This document shows positions 1 to 9,708 of a stretch of 64,000 nt of DNA, one piece after another. Below the pieces are notes generated by a model that saw only the letters and a program-made list of their open reading frames with translations, had not been told where the DNA came from and made no database searches. The DNA is taken from contig CAWJTV010000042.1 of assembly GCA_963845755.1 (NCBI GenBank), positions 256,001 through 320,000 of the forward strand, read 5' to 3'. The DNA comes from an uncultured Planctomycetota bacterium. Lineage in GTDB: Bacteria; Planctomycetota; Planctomycetia; Isosphaerales; Isosphaeraceae. Made by a program: the position numbers and the translations under genes. Position 1 is the stretch's first letter, and each line of letters opens with the position of its first letter.

Positions 1-2
1 CG

Positions 3-1661
3 ATGGTGTGGTTCCTGATCGCGATGGCGATCGGCGTGGGCTTCGTGCGGCGTCACCGCTGGCTTCATGTCATCGGCGGACTGGGCGTCCTCGGTCTCGT
101 CGGCCTGGCCGACTGGCCCCGGGACGCGCGCGGCGTGGAGACCGAGGTCCTCTGGTCCCCATACTACCAGGTCCAGTTCAAGCCGAAGTATCTGTCCATC
201 GACGTCAACAACCTCGGGCACCAGGGGATGGTGGAGATCGACCGGGCGGGCCCGGCCTACCGTCTACCCTACCTGCTCAACCGCGATGCTGGGGGGAAGC
301 CGTTCGAGCAGGTCATGATCATCGGAGCGGGTTCCGGGAACGATGTCGCCGCGGCGCTGTCGCAGGGCGTCCGGCATGTCGATGCCGTCGAGATCGATCC
401 CGTGATCAACGAGCTGGGGCGAATTCACCATCCCAACCGGCCGTTCCGCGACCCGCGCGTCGCGATCCACCTCGACGACGGCCGGAGCTTCGTCCGCAAG
501 ACGCCCTCGCGCTATGACCTGATCGCCTACGCGCTGGTCAACTCGCTGGCATTGCATTCGAGCTATTCGAGCGTCCGCCTGGAGAGTTTCCTCTTCACCG
601 AGGATGCCTTCCGCGACGTGAAGGCCAAACTCGAGCCCGGCGGCGTGTTCGCCATGTACAACTTCTACCGGCAGGGCTGGGTCGTGGGGCGGCTGGTGAA
701 GTTGGTCGAGCGGGTCTTCGGCTCTCGGCCGGTCATCGTGTCGATGCCGTACCAGGACGTGATCTCCCCGAGCAACGATCAGCGCGATTTCATCACGTGC
801 ATCCTGGTGGGCAACGGCCCGTCGACGGTGGTGGACTCCATCCGTTCGAGGTTCGCGGCTCAGGGACCCTTATGGATCAGTACTCAGGGACGCTTCCATT
901 CGCGGTCGAACGAGCTCGAATCGATGAATCCGGCTGTCCCCGCCGGCTCACCGGGACACCCGATCAAGATCGGCCCGGCCGTGGTCGAACAGCCGGAATT
1001 CGACTGGAGCCCGACCGACGACTGGCCGTTCCTGTATCTCCGCTCACCGACGATCCCCGCGCTGAGCCTGCGCGGGATCGCGATCATCAGCGTGCTCTCG
1101 CTCTTGATCCTGCTGACGTTCGCGCCCATTCGGCGCGTCCGACCTAACGGCCAGATGTTCTTCCTGGGCGCCGGCTTCATGCTGCTGGAAACCAAGGGGG
1201 TCGTGCACATGGCCCTGCTCTTCGGCGCGACCTGGATGGTCAACTCGATCGTGTTCTTCGCGATCTTGACCATGATCCTCCTGAGCAACCTGTACGTCAT
1301 GGTCGCGAAGCCCCGGCGCCTGTGGTCGTATTATGGACTCCTGATCGTCTCACTGGCGATCAACGGTGCTGTCCCGATGGGCGTCTTCCTGTCGCTGCCA
1401 GGCGCGAGCAAGGTTGTGGCCTCGTGTTTGCTGGTGTATCTGCCCGTGTTCTTCGCGGGGGTGATCTTCGCGACGGCGTTCCGCGACAGCGCGCAGCCCG
1501 ACGTCGATTTCGGCTCCAACATCGGCGGGATCATCCTGGGAGGCCTGAGCGAATACCTCTCGCTGGTCGTCGGGTTCAACCACTTGCTGTGGATCGCCAT
1601 CGGGTTCTACGTGCTCTCGGCGCTGCTGCGTCCCAGGTCCGCAACGGTCGCAGCCGCCTGA
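3..1661 (+). CDS. Spermidine-synthase-like class I SAM-dependent domain fused to a multi-pass membrane domain (5' end outside window)
   Basis: VMIIGAGSGND glycine loop, VEIDP, DDGRSF, YDLI, PTDDWPFLY, then about 6 hydrophobic helices (LGAGFMLLE). Confidence 0.75.
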   Translation: MVWFLIAMAIGVGFVRRHRWLHVIGGLGVLGLVGLADWPRDARGVETEVLWSPYYQVQFKPKYLSIDVNNLGHQGMVEIDRAGPAYRLPYLLNRDAGGKPFEQVMIIGAGSGNDVAAALSQGVRHVDAVEIDPVINELGRIHHPNRPFRDPRVAIHLDDGRSFVRKTPSRYDLIAYALVNSLALHSSYSSVRLESFLFTEDAFRDVKAKLEPGGVFAMYNFYRQGWVVGRLVKLVERVFGSRPVIVSMPYQDVISPSNDQRDFITCILVGNGPSTVVDSIRSRFAAQGPLWISTQGRFHSRSNELESMNPAVPAGSPGHPIKIGPAVVEQPEFDWSPTDDWPFLYLRSPTIPALSLRGIAIISVLSLLILLTFAPIRRVRPNGQMFFLGAGFMLLETKGVVHMALLFGATWMVNSIVFFAILTMILLSNLYVMVAKPRRLWSYYGLLIVSLAINGAVPMGVFLSLPGASKVVASCLLVYLPVFFAGVIFATAFRDSAQPDVDFGSNIGGIILGGLSEYLSLVVGFNHLLWIAIGFYVLSALLRPRSATVAAA

Positions 1662-1684
1662 GAAGACTTCGAAGGAATCAGCCG

Positions 1685-2377
1685 ATGGACGTCTCGCATG
1701 TTCCGGCACTGCATCCGTGGGTCCTGGATCTCGCCGAAGCACGCAAGGTGCAAAAGGAGCTCGCCGCGCGGGTCGATACGACCCGTCCGCTGGCTCCCTA
1801 TCAGACCGTTGCGGGAGCCGATGTTTCCTACAATAAATACAGCCCGGTGCTTTATGCCGCGGTGGTCGTACTCCGCGCGGATACGCTGGAGGTAATCGAT
1901 CGCGCGGGAGTCGTGGCCGAAGCCGGGTTTCCCTATGTTCCGGGCTTCTTGAGCTTCCGCGAGGCCCCCGCCGTGATCGAGGCATTCCGGAAGCTCTCGA
2001 TCCCTCCGGATGTGCTCATTTGCGACGGTCAGGGGATCGCCCATCCGCGACGACTCGGGATCGCCTCTCATCTGGGACTCTGGCTCGGAATCCCCACGAT
2101 CGGCTGCGCCAAGTCCCACTTGTTCGGCAAGTATGAGGAACCCGGTCCGGAGCGCGGGGATTGGTCGCCGGTAACCGATGGGGATGACACGATCGGCGCG
2201 GTATTGCGGACGAGACCGCGCGTGAAGCCGCTCTTCGTCTCCCCGGGGCATCTCTGCAATCTCGACGGGTCTATCCGTGCCGTCCTGGCCGCGACGCGGA
2301 AGTATCGGCAGCCTCTCACCACTCAACTGGCCCATCAGTACGTCAACGAGCTGAGACTTCAAGGAGGCTCGCCCTGA
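1685..2377 (+). CDS. nfi: Endonuclease V (deoxyinosine 3' endonuclease)
   Basis: VAGADVSY, FPYVPGFLSFRE, DGQGIAHPRRLGIASHLG, TIGCAKS, PLFVSPGH motifs; ATG at 1685. Confidence 0.92.
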   Translation: MDVSHVPALHPWVLDLAEARKVQKELAARVDTTRPLAPYQTVAGADVSYNKYSPVLYAAVVVLRADTLEVIDRAGVVAEAGFPYVPGFLSFREAPAVIEAFRKLSIPPDVLICDGQGIAHPRRLGIASHLGLWLGIPTIGCAKSHLFGKYEEPGPERGDWSPVTDGDDTIGAVLRTRPRVKPLFVSPGHLCNLDGSIRAVLAATRKYRQPLTTQLAHQYVNELRLQGGSP

Positions 2378-2561
2378 CGCGCAAGATCTGATTCTCGCGG
2401 GGCTTGAAAGCCAGCTTGCCGTTCAATCACAATTGGGTTCCCGAGCCGGCCTCTTGGCATCACTTCGATCCAAGACGCCGACTCGTTCCATGTCGAGAGG
2501 TCCGAAAAGCTCTCCCGCCACGGCACTGTGGGTGGAAGACGCGGTTCGTTTTTCTGACGAG

Positions 2562-4170
2562 TTACGCGGCTTCCCCAGTCTTCCTGGCTTTGTAGCTGCG
2601 GAACGGGCTGCTGGGCCGCTCCTTGAGGTGGCGGTCCAGGCGGCCATCTTCGGAAAGGAAGGCCGCACGGAGTTGGAGGATCGCTTCGGCACCGGCCTCG
2701 CTCCAGAACTTCTCCGACCCCTTCACCCGGCGGTTGAATATCTTCACCGTCAACTCCACGTGGCTGGTCGTCCACGGGAGGCCCTCGCGACGATAGCGCG
2801 GATAGTCCATCCGCTCCCGGTTGTCTTCCAGGTAGCCCAGCACCCGCGCGACGATCCTCCGGGGGTCGTCGTCGGCTAGCCTTTCCAGCGGGCACCCGCA
2901 CAAGGCGATCTGGGTATCACACCAGGTGCGAAGCTCCGCGATCACCCGATCGACCCGCCCGTTCCAGCAGGCCTCCGCCCAGGCCTGGAATGACTCCCAG
3001 CGGCCCTCGGTGTCGGCGACCATGACCCGGGCCGCCGTGAAGAGGTGGGCCAGGGCGTGGAGGAAGTTGACGATCGCCACGAAGGTCGGGAAAGAGCGGC
3101 GGTGCAGCCCCCAGATCCAGGCCGAGCCGTCCCCCAAGAACGCCCGGGCGGCGGCCGCGGCGAAGTTCCGCCGTCGGGCCTCGGCGGCGACCATCGGCCC
3201 GAAGCGATCGACCGGGGCGGTCGTGGCCACGTAGGTGCGCACCGATAGCTCCGGCGTACCGCGCGGCTCGGCGGCCTCGGCGACGGCCGGGATCGGCAGC
3301 ACGGCGGGCTCCTGGATCTCGGGGGCCGGCGGGCCCATCGGTCCGGTCCCGCCGATGGCCCCGATGACCTTCTCGACGTAGGCCCGATCGCGGAAACAGG
3401 CGGGCAATTCCGGCTCGGGGTCGCACTCGGAGACGACAGGGGCCATCGTCGCCAGGATCGCGATCTTGTCCTCGTGCCAGGCGGCCTGGTGGGCTCCCGG
3501 CCCCTGGCCCGCGCCGCGGATCTGGAGCCGGCCGCCATCGACCTCGACGACCGCCAGGGCTGGCCGTGTCGCGACGCGCGGCTCGAGCGTGCCGGCCTGG
3601 AAGCGGTCCACCGGCTCATCCCGCTGGGACCGCAACTGCTCGCCGAGTTCGCGGGCGATGCGGTCGAGTTGCCGGCCGCTGATGTCCACCTCGGCCAATT
3701 CGGCGACGGCCTCGGCTGCCTCGCGGAAGGAGGGCTCGCGGGTGGCGGAACGGACGATCTTGCGGACTACCGAGGGGCTGTAGTCATGGGACGTCAGCCG
3801 TAGCGCCGGGCGCCGAGGGAAAAAAATCCCGGCGGCAGGCCGGGCAGTGGCACTGGGGCTCGGCGTAGGTGACCGCGCCGCCCCAGAAGTCGATGGCCCG
3901 CGGCTCGCGCTGTACGGCGCAAGGCCGCTGACACGTCGGGCAGGGTTGCTCGGGCCCCAGCAGCGCGGCCTTCCGCTCCAGCAGATCGGCGATGGTGCCC
4001 CGAGCGACGGCGCGGGCGGCGGTGATGGCCATCTGCTCGATGTCGTCGGCGTCGAGATCCAACTCGGGCCCGACCTCATCGTGGACGCGCCGGGCCACGA
4101 CTTTCCCCCACCCTTCGGCGAGCCGCTCGACGCCGTCTCGATCCATCGATGGTGACTTCTGGAAAGGCAT
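2562..4170 (-). CDS. Transposase in two ORFs (3784-4170 and 2562-~3830) joined by a +1 shift at TTTTTTTCCC
   Basis: CPTC/CPAC Zn motif in ORF1; VEVDGG, FLGDGSAWIW, xFLH, YLEDNRERMDYPRYRREGLP and VE motifs in ORF2; AAGGAG RBS. Confidence 0.85.
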
Positions 4171-4175
4171 CGGAG

Positions 4176-4189
4176 GTCCCTCCTTGGAC
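4176..4189 (-). promoter_or_regulatory. Hairpin GTCC-AAGGAG-GGAC holding the transposase RBS in an ANGGAN loop (CsrA-site-like)
   Basis: 4-bp stem and hexaloop read directly from the minus strand. Confidence 0.4.
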
Positions 4190-4296
4190 TTCGGGTGATA
4201 GACAATCTGGGAAACTCACCTTGACAGCTTACCAGGGATCGAACGCCGCGCGAACCGCGTCTTCCACCCCGGCACTGTCACAGATCGAGATTGGCA

Positions 4297-4325
4297 TTGC
4301 CCACCCTGCCACCTTCGACTAAAGT
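4297..4325 (+). promoter_or_regulatory. Putative sigma70 promoter of the HEAT/mlaE/mlaD operon
   Basis: TTGCCC-N17-TAAAGT, 18 bp downstream of the IS target duplication. Confidence 0.5.
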
Positions 4326-4353
4326 TCGCCGAGACTCCGGACGAGGGGAACCC

Positions 4354-4406
4354 GGCGCAGGGAGCGCCAGGACGATGGACCCACGTCCCGACGTGCCAGG
4401 GAAGGA
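4354..4406 (+). promoter_or_regulatory. Cluster of four ANGGA motifs (putative CsrA sites) in the 5' leader
   Basis: GGCGC-AGGGA-GCGCC hairpin (4354-4368), ATGGA 4375, AGGGA 4398, AAGGA 4402 (RBS). Confidence 0.5.
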
Positions 4407-4411
4407 GCGTC

Positions 4412-4846
4412 GTGAGGATCGGCCGGTGGTTCGCTGATGCGCTGCTCGTGGGATCGGTAGCCTCGTGCTGGGGCTGCGGGCTCGTCTCGCGCCACTTCCC
4501 GAAGATGAAAGACCCGGATCCCGTGGTCCGCACCCGCGCGATCGCACAGGACGACCGCCGGCCGAACGTGCAAGTCGTGCCGGCGCTGGTCGGCCGTCTC
4601 GACGACCCGGACCCCGTCGTCCGGCTGGCGGCTCATGAGGAACTGAGGCGCCGGACACGGCGCGATTTCGGATTCGTTCCCTGGGGCAGCCCGGAGGATC
4701 GGGCGGCCGCCGTCAAGCGCTGGCGAGACTGGCTGGCCGGGCCGCCGGTACCCGCCGAGCCCGTCCCGCGAGTGACCTTCCCCTCCTCGCCGGGAAGAGC
4801 GCTCGCCCCATCGCCCGCCGACTCGGGTCGGCCGGAGACTCCTTGA
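4412..4846 (+). CDS. HEAT-repeat putative lipoprotein
   Basis: Signal peptide ending in WGC; DPDPVVR twice (HEAT-like); AAGGAG RBS. Confidence 0.7.
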   Translation: MRIGRWFADALLVGSVASCWGCGLVSRHFPKMKDPDPVVRTRAIAQDDRRPNVQVVPALVGRLDDPDPVVRLAAHEELRRRTRRDFGFVPWGSPEDRAAAVKRWRDWLAGPPVPAEPVPRVTFPSSPGRALAPSPADSGRPETP

Positions 4847-4871
4847 GGCGTGATCGCGGAGGATCCCTTCC

Positions 4872-5798
4872 ATGAGTACGACCTCGGACGTCCTGCCGGC
4901 ACCCCGCCTCCTGAGCCCCGTCGCCTGGGTCGGGAGGGTTGTAATTGCGTGTTTATCCTATGTCGGAGGGGTCGTTCTGCTGGCCTTCTCGGCCGCCGGA
5001 TCGGTATGGAAGCCCGCCCTCGAGGGGACTGAGGCTTCGGCCAGCTTTCGCCGGACCCTGGTGCGACAACTCTCATGGATGCTCGCGTTCGGTATCCCCC
5101 TGGTCGGATTGATTCATATTGCGATGGGCTCATTCCTGTCGCTCCAGGCCTATTACGGCAGCACGTTCGTCGATGGCACCGGAGCGGTCGTCGGCGTGGG
5201 GTTACTCCGCAATCTGGGTGGACTGATGACCGGAATGATCCTCTCGGGCATCCTGGCCGCGCGGATGATCCCCGAGCTGATCGGGCTGGCGCGATCCGTC
5301 GGCGCCGGCCCACCCCCATTTCCGGAGGAGCACAAGCCCCTGGTCGCTCCCGGCCACCTGGCGGCTCCTCGGATCGCGGCGGCGGCGGTCGCCTGCGTCT
5401 TCTTATCCCAATGGGGGATCGCCGTCGGCACCCTGGTGGGCTGGCAGGCCTCCGAATCGATGATGGGCCTCCCGACCGAGACGTTCTTCCTGATGATGGT
5501 CCGGATGGTCTGGTTCCGCGACGTCGTGGGACTGATCGTCAAAGGGCTGCTTTTCGGCACGCTGGCGGCCACCATCTGCTGTTTTGAAGCGTTTCGCGAG
5601 GCGGCACGGACGGTCGAGGCCGGTCCCACCGCCGGCCCGTTTCAAGCCGATGCAGGGGCGCCCCTGGCAACTCCTGTCCTCCGGGCGACGTGCCTGGGCA
5701 TTGTGGCCATCCTGATCGTGAACCTGAGCTGGTTCATCCTGGTTTATCACGCGGTCCCGTTCTACGGGCCGACGCTGCTGAAGCCGCCAGTTTTCTGA
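4872..5798 (+). CDS. MlaE-family ABC permease (divergent)
   Basis: Multi-TM protein; LLRNLGGLMTG, LAAPRI, KGLLFG..ICCFE pattern; adjacent to an MCE gene. Confidence 0.75.
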   Translation: MSTTSDVLPAPRLLSPVAWVGRVVIACLSYVGGVVLLAFSAAGSVWKPALEGTEASASFRRTLVRQLSWMLAFGIPLVGLIHIAMGSFLSLQAYYGSTFVDGTGAVVGVGLLRNLGGLMTGMILSGILAARMIPELIGLARSVGAGPPPFPEEHKPLVAPGHLAAPRIAAAAVACVFLSQWGIAVGTLVGWQASESMMGLPTETFFLMMVRMVWFRDVVGLIVKGLLFGTLAATICCFEAFREAARTVEAGPTAGPFQADAGAPLATPVLRATCLGIVAILIVNLSWFILVYHAVPFYGPTLLKPPVF

Positions 5799-5852
5799 GG
5801 GGTGACGCGGCGGTTGCCTGGAATGGGGATGGACCCCGGGGGAGGAATCGAT

Positions 5853-7138
5853 ATGAGCGCCCGCTCTTCGGCCCGCGAGATTTGGGTTGGCCTGATCGTG
5901 ATCGTCGCCGTGGCCGGGCTGATCGGACTGGTCGGCCTGGCCAGCGACGGGCCCGGATTCCTCGCCCCGCAACGGACGATCGACGTCGTCTTCCGCGACG
6001 CGCAGGGGCTGCGCGTCGGGAGCCCGGTTCGCGTCGCCGGCCTGGATACCGGCAACGTCGTCAACGTCAGCGTCGTGGAGGTGAAAGGGGCGCTGCGAGC
6101 CCTGGTCCGGATCACCTTGCCGTCGAACCTGGTCAAGAAGCTGCGGGAGGATGTGAAGGTTACCATCCAGCCGGCGCTGACCGGGATGAGCCACGTGAAC
6201 GTCGTCTCGACCGGCCAGTCGAACGTGCCGCTGGCGCCGGAAAGCAGCCGGTCATCGGAGTGGAGACCTCGTTCTTCGACCCGATCATCGAACAGGTGGG
6301 CCTCGGCCCGGTCGAACGGAACGATATTCGGCACATCATCGGCGAGGCCCGGCAGACGGTCGATTCGGTCGCACCGCGGATCCGGCAGATCCTCGCGACG
6401 CTCCAGGAGACCTCCTCGAACCTCCACCAGATGAGCGATCAGATCCGGCCGGCCGTCGCCTCGACCGTCGGCCAGATCGAGAAATTCAACGGAGGGCTCA
6501 GCCGGAACGCCCCGAAGATCGAGGCAACGCTGGATCACATCGAGGGCCTGACCGGTCAGGTGCACCTCATCCTGGGCGATAACCGGGAGAACGTCCGGCA
6601 GAGCCTCTCCTCGGTCCGCGACCTGACCGCAACATTCCACGACGTCATCCGCAAGGATGCCCCCAAGGTCGAGCGGCTCCTCGATGGGATCGACACCATG
6701 CGGGCCCGCTCCGAGCGCGTGCTCTACCAGGCTGACCAGATCTCCAGCCAGGTTGGTAACATCCTGGCACGCAGTCGCGCGGAGATCGAACGCTCCGTCA
6801 CAAACGTCCGAGATGCCACCGATTGGGCAGACAAGTTGGTGCAGAAGCTCTACACCAACCCGTTCGTCCTGAGCCCCTTCTACAAGCCGTCGCATGAAGA
6901 CCTCAGGGTGGGGGCGGTCTACGACGCGGCGATGATCTTCACCCACGGAGCCCAGGAGTTGCGCGACGCGATCAAGACGCTCGAGACCTTGTCGGCACGC
7001 CCGACCACCGCTCAACAGCAGCAGGAGGTCCAGCAACTCCAGCAGAGTCTCCGGGTCTTGACCAACCAGTTGAACGAGTCCTCGCAACGGCTGGCCGATT
7101 CCCTGAAACCGAATGTGCGCGAGCGGCGGCAACGCTGA
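5853..7138 (+). CDS. MlaD/MCE-domain protein with long helical tail (frameshift near 6240)
   Basis: N-terminal TM anchor; FRDAQGLRVGSPVRVAGLDTGNV MCE motif; coiled-coil C-terminus in the second frame; GGAGG RBS. Confidence 0.8.
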
Positions 7139-7188
7139 CGCCATGCCCCGGGAGATCAACCGGTTGACCTCATCCTCGGGTCTTTGAT

Positions 7189-7216
7189 TAAACTCGCTCC
7201 AGGTTCCGGCCGATAT
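7189..7216 (+). promoter_or_regulatory. Putative sigma28 (FliA/SigD)-type promoter upstream of flgM
   Basis: TAAA-N16-GCCGATAT (consensus spacing N15); a second CCGATAA at ~7233. Confidence 0.5.
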
Positions 7217-7392
7217 CCAGAGTAGTAGACGCCCGATAAGGGCATCATGGCGTGGACGGAGACCGGAGCCGGAGATCCCCTAACGATACTGGGGATCCTC
7301 TTCTCTTGTGGCCTCCGTGGGTACCGAGTCCAACATCACGTGGTTCTGTCGAAGGCGGAGCCGTCGGCCCAAGCACCCGACTGGGAGGCGCA

Positions 7393-7678
7393 ATGGAGAT
7401 TATTCGGCGCAGGGGGAACTTCAGGCCCTCAACCCATTTACCCGCGACTGGCTGCATTCAGCGTGGATGCCGGACAAACGGTGCACGCGGGTGCACCGCG
7501 CGATCACGTCGAAATCTCCCCGCTGGGGCAGATGCTCGACGGGATCAGCCAGTTGCCCGAAATTCGCTACGAGAAGGTTGAGGAGATCCGTCGGCAAATC
7601 GCCGCGGGTTCGTACGAAACGCCCGAGAAGCTCGAGCTGGCCCTGGACCGCCTGCTCGACGAGTTCCGGGCCTGGTAG
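7393..7678 (+). CDS. flgM: Anti-sigma28 factor FlgM family (1-nt frameshift in the first codons)
   Basis: DHVEIS and IRYEKVEEIRRQIAAGSY FlgM signature; GGGAGG RBS before ATG 7393. Confidence 0.75.
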
Positions 7679-8052
7679 TGACCAGCGGTGGAATGGGTCC
7701 AGAAATCCGGGAAGGCTAGAATCTTCTCGTGCGGACGTGCCTGAGGCCGGCCGGGCAGCCGGCCGAGGGAACGCCTGCGACGCGGGACGACGTCGATAGA
7801 ATGCGGACCGGCCGGCGAGGGAGATCCTTCGGGAGTTCCCTCCGTCGGCTGTTCGGCGTTACGGACGGAAAAAAGCGACCCCCTGGCGAAAATAGTCTTG
7901 GCAATGATGGTGAGATCGCGAAACAATACCCGGAGCTACAACCGCACACCACCCTTCCTGGAATGATGTCTCGCACTCAAGAACCTGGGTGTCCGTTCCC
8001 GGTTCGCCTTGTGGGGCCCCGCGGCGAATCGCACCCTGAGGAGGTCAGCATC

Positions 8053-9624
8053 GTGGATACTTCGCCCACCCCGTCCCCCTCTCCGCACGGAGCCCCCGTC
8101 CTGCACGATCGCCTGACCGGCATCGCCAGCACCGGCGAGGCTCGGTTGCAAGGGTTCTCGCCGGTCGAGGAAAACCTGATCACCGTCCTCTTGAAGCGAG
8201 GACTGCTGACCACCGATCAGGTTCGGGCGGCCCAGCTTTATGGCCAGGAGCACAATCGCGACCTGCGTCAGGCGATCCTCGAACTCAATCTCATCTCGCC
8301 GGACCTGCTCAATCAACTGGCGTTCGAACGGTTGAGTACGCTGTCCGGCGACAACGGCCAGCCCGCCCCGACTGCGCCGGTCGCGGCACCCAGCGGCGGG
8401 GCACTCTCGCCCAATCGCACCCAGCACCATCGCGACATCCGCAAGGATCTCCAGGAGAAGGCCGTCACGGCGACCTTGTCGGAGCTGGTCCACGAGATCC
8501 TGGTCCGAGCGTGTGACTGCCAGGCCACCGACATCCATTTCGATCCGCTCGAAAACGGCCTGCGCGTCCGCTATCGGATCGACGGCCAGCTCCAGGATAT
8601 CCTGTTCGTCGAGCCGGCGATGGCCACGCCGGTCATCAGCCGGCTGAAGATCCTCTCGAACCTCAATATCGTCGAGCGCCGGCATGCCCAGGACGGGCGG
8701 ATTACCATCCTCCACCACAATCGCCCGCGCGACCTCCGGCTCGCGACCTTCCCGACGACGTTTGGCGAGAAGATCGTCATCCGGATCCACGAGGTCCTCA
8801 CCGACGTCCAGGGGTTCTCCCACCTGGGGATGAACGCCGAGCAGGCCGCCACGCTCGACCGGCTGATCTCCCAGCCGTATGGGGCGATCCTGGTCGCCGG
8901 ACCCGTCGGGGCCGGGAAGACCTCGTCGCTCTATACCTGCCTCGAGCGGATCAACTCTCCCCTGAAGAACGTCATGACCATCGAGGATCCGATCGAGCAC
9001 CGGATCCCCGGCGTCAATCAGTCGCAGATCACCCCGGGCGAGATGGGGTTCGGCGAAGGACTGCGAGCGATGCTCCGCCAGGACCCCGACATCATCATGA
9101 TCGGGGAGATCCGCGACGACGAGACGGCGCGGATCGGCATCCGTGCCGCCCTGACCGGCGTCCTGGTCTTCAGCACGCTCCACGGCTCGGACGCCCCGGG
9201 GACGATCAGCAATCTCTACAATTTCGGGATCCCCGGCTATCAGCTCTCGAGCAGCCTGCTGGCGATCGTCTCCCAGCGCCTGGTCCGCCGGATCTGCCCC
9301 TACTGCCGCGTGACGTACGCGGCTACCGAGAAAGACGTCATGGCGCTGGAGCTCGACCCGGCCGACTGTTGCGACCTGCGGCTCCACAAGGGCCTGGGCT
9401 GCCCCGCCTGCTTCCAGACCGGTTACCTGGGCCGGACCGGGATCTTCGAGATCATGACCATGGGCGAAGAGCTGCGGGACCTGGTCTTCCAGCAGATCCC
9501 CAGGGATGTCCTCCGTCGTGTCGCCGTTGACCTGGGAATGCGAACCTTGAAGCAGAGCGCGGTCGATAAGATTCTGGAAGGCACGACGACGTTGGAGGAG
9601 GCATACCGCGTCGTCTCATTCTGA
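8053..9624 (+). CDS. GspE/PilB/PulE-family secretion/pilus ATPase
   Basis: ATDIHFDP, RYRIDG, QDGRI, Walker A GPVGAGKT, TIEDPIE, LRQDPDIIMIGEIRD, CxxC..CxxC, GYLGRTGIFE. Confidence 0.9.
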   Translation: MDTSPTPSPSPHGAPVLHDRLTGIASTGEARLQGFSPVEENLITVLLKRGLLTTDQVRAAQLYGQEHNRDLRQAILELNLISPDLLNQLAFERLSTLSGDNGQPAPTAPVAAPSGGALSPNRTQHHRDIRKDLQEKAVTATLSELVHEILVRACDCQATDIHFDPLENGLRVRYRIDGQLQDILFVEPAMATPVISRLKILSNLNIVERRHAQDGRITILHHNRPRDLRLATFPTTFGEKIVIRIHEVLTDVQGFSHLGMNAEQAATLDRLISQPYGAILVAGPVGAGKTSSLYTCLERINSPLKNVMTIEDPIEHRIPGVNQSQITPGEMGFGEGLRAMLRQDPDIIMIGEIRDDETARIGIRAALTGVLVFSTLHGSDAPGTISNLYNFGIPGYQLSSSLLAIVSQRLVRRICPYCRVTYAATEKDVMALELDPADCCDLRLHKGLGCPACFQTGYLGRTGIFEIMTMGEELRDLVFQQIPRDVLRRVAVDLGMRTLKQSAVDKILEGTTTLEEAYRVVSF

Positions 9625-9690
9625 GCCATACCGGGATTCCGTCGGCACGGCAGAGTGCGTCGGATATGACGATCAGGACGAGAATGCGAA

Positions 9691-9706
9691 CCGACAAGGA
9701 GGTCGG
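9691..9706 (+). promoter_or_regulatory. Canonical CsrA/RsmA-type hairpin over the RBS
   Basis: CCGAC-AAGGAG-GTCGG, containing ACAAGGAGGT = (A/U)CANGGANG(U/A); ATG 3 nt downstream. Confidence 0.6.
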
Positions 9707-9708
9707 CC

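Larger units (their letters stand above)
2530..4269 (-). mobile_element. Complete insertion sequence, ISKra4/ISLre2-like (Mutator-type DDE), 1740 bp
   Basis: Perfect 19-bp terminal IRs GGGTGGAAGACGCGGTTCG (2530-2548) and its reverse complement (4251-4269); 9-bp direct repeat CGGCACTGT at 2521-2529 and 4270-4278. Confidence 0.92.

Noticed and set aside
4221..4226. Outward-facing TTGACA inside the IS end as a hybrid promoter
   Set aside because: No -10-like hexamer 16-18 bp downstream.
9643..9659. sigma54-like CGGCACGGCAGAGTGC before the 9709 gene
   Set aside because: GG-to-GC spacing is 11, not 10.
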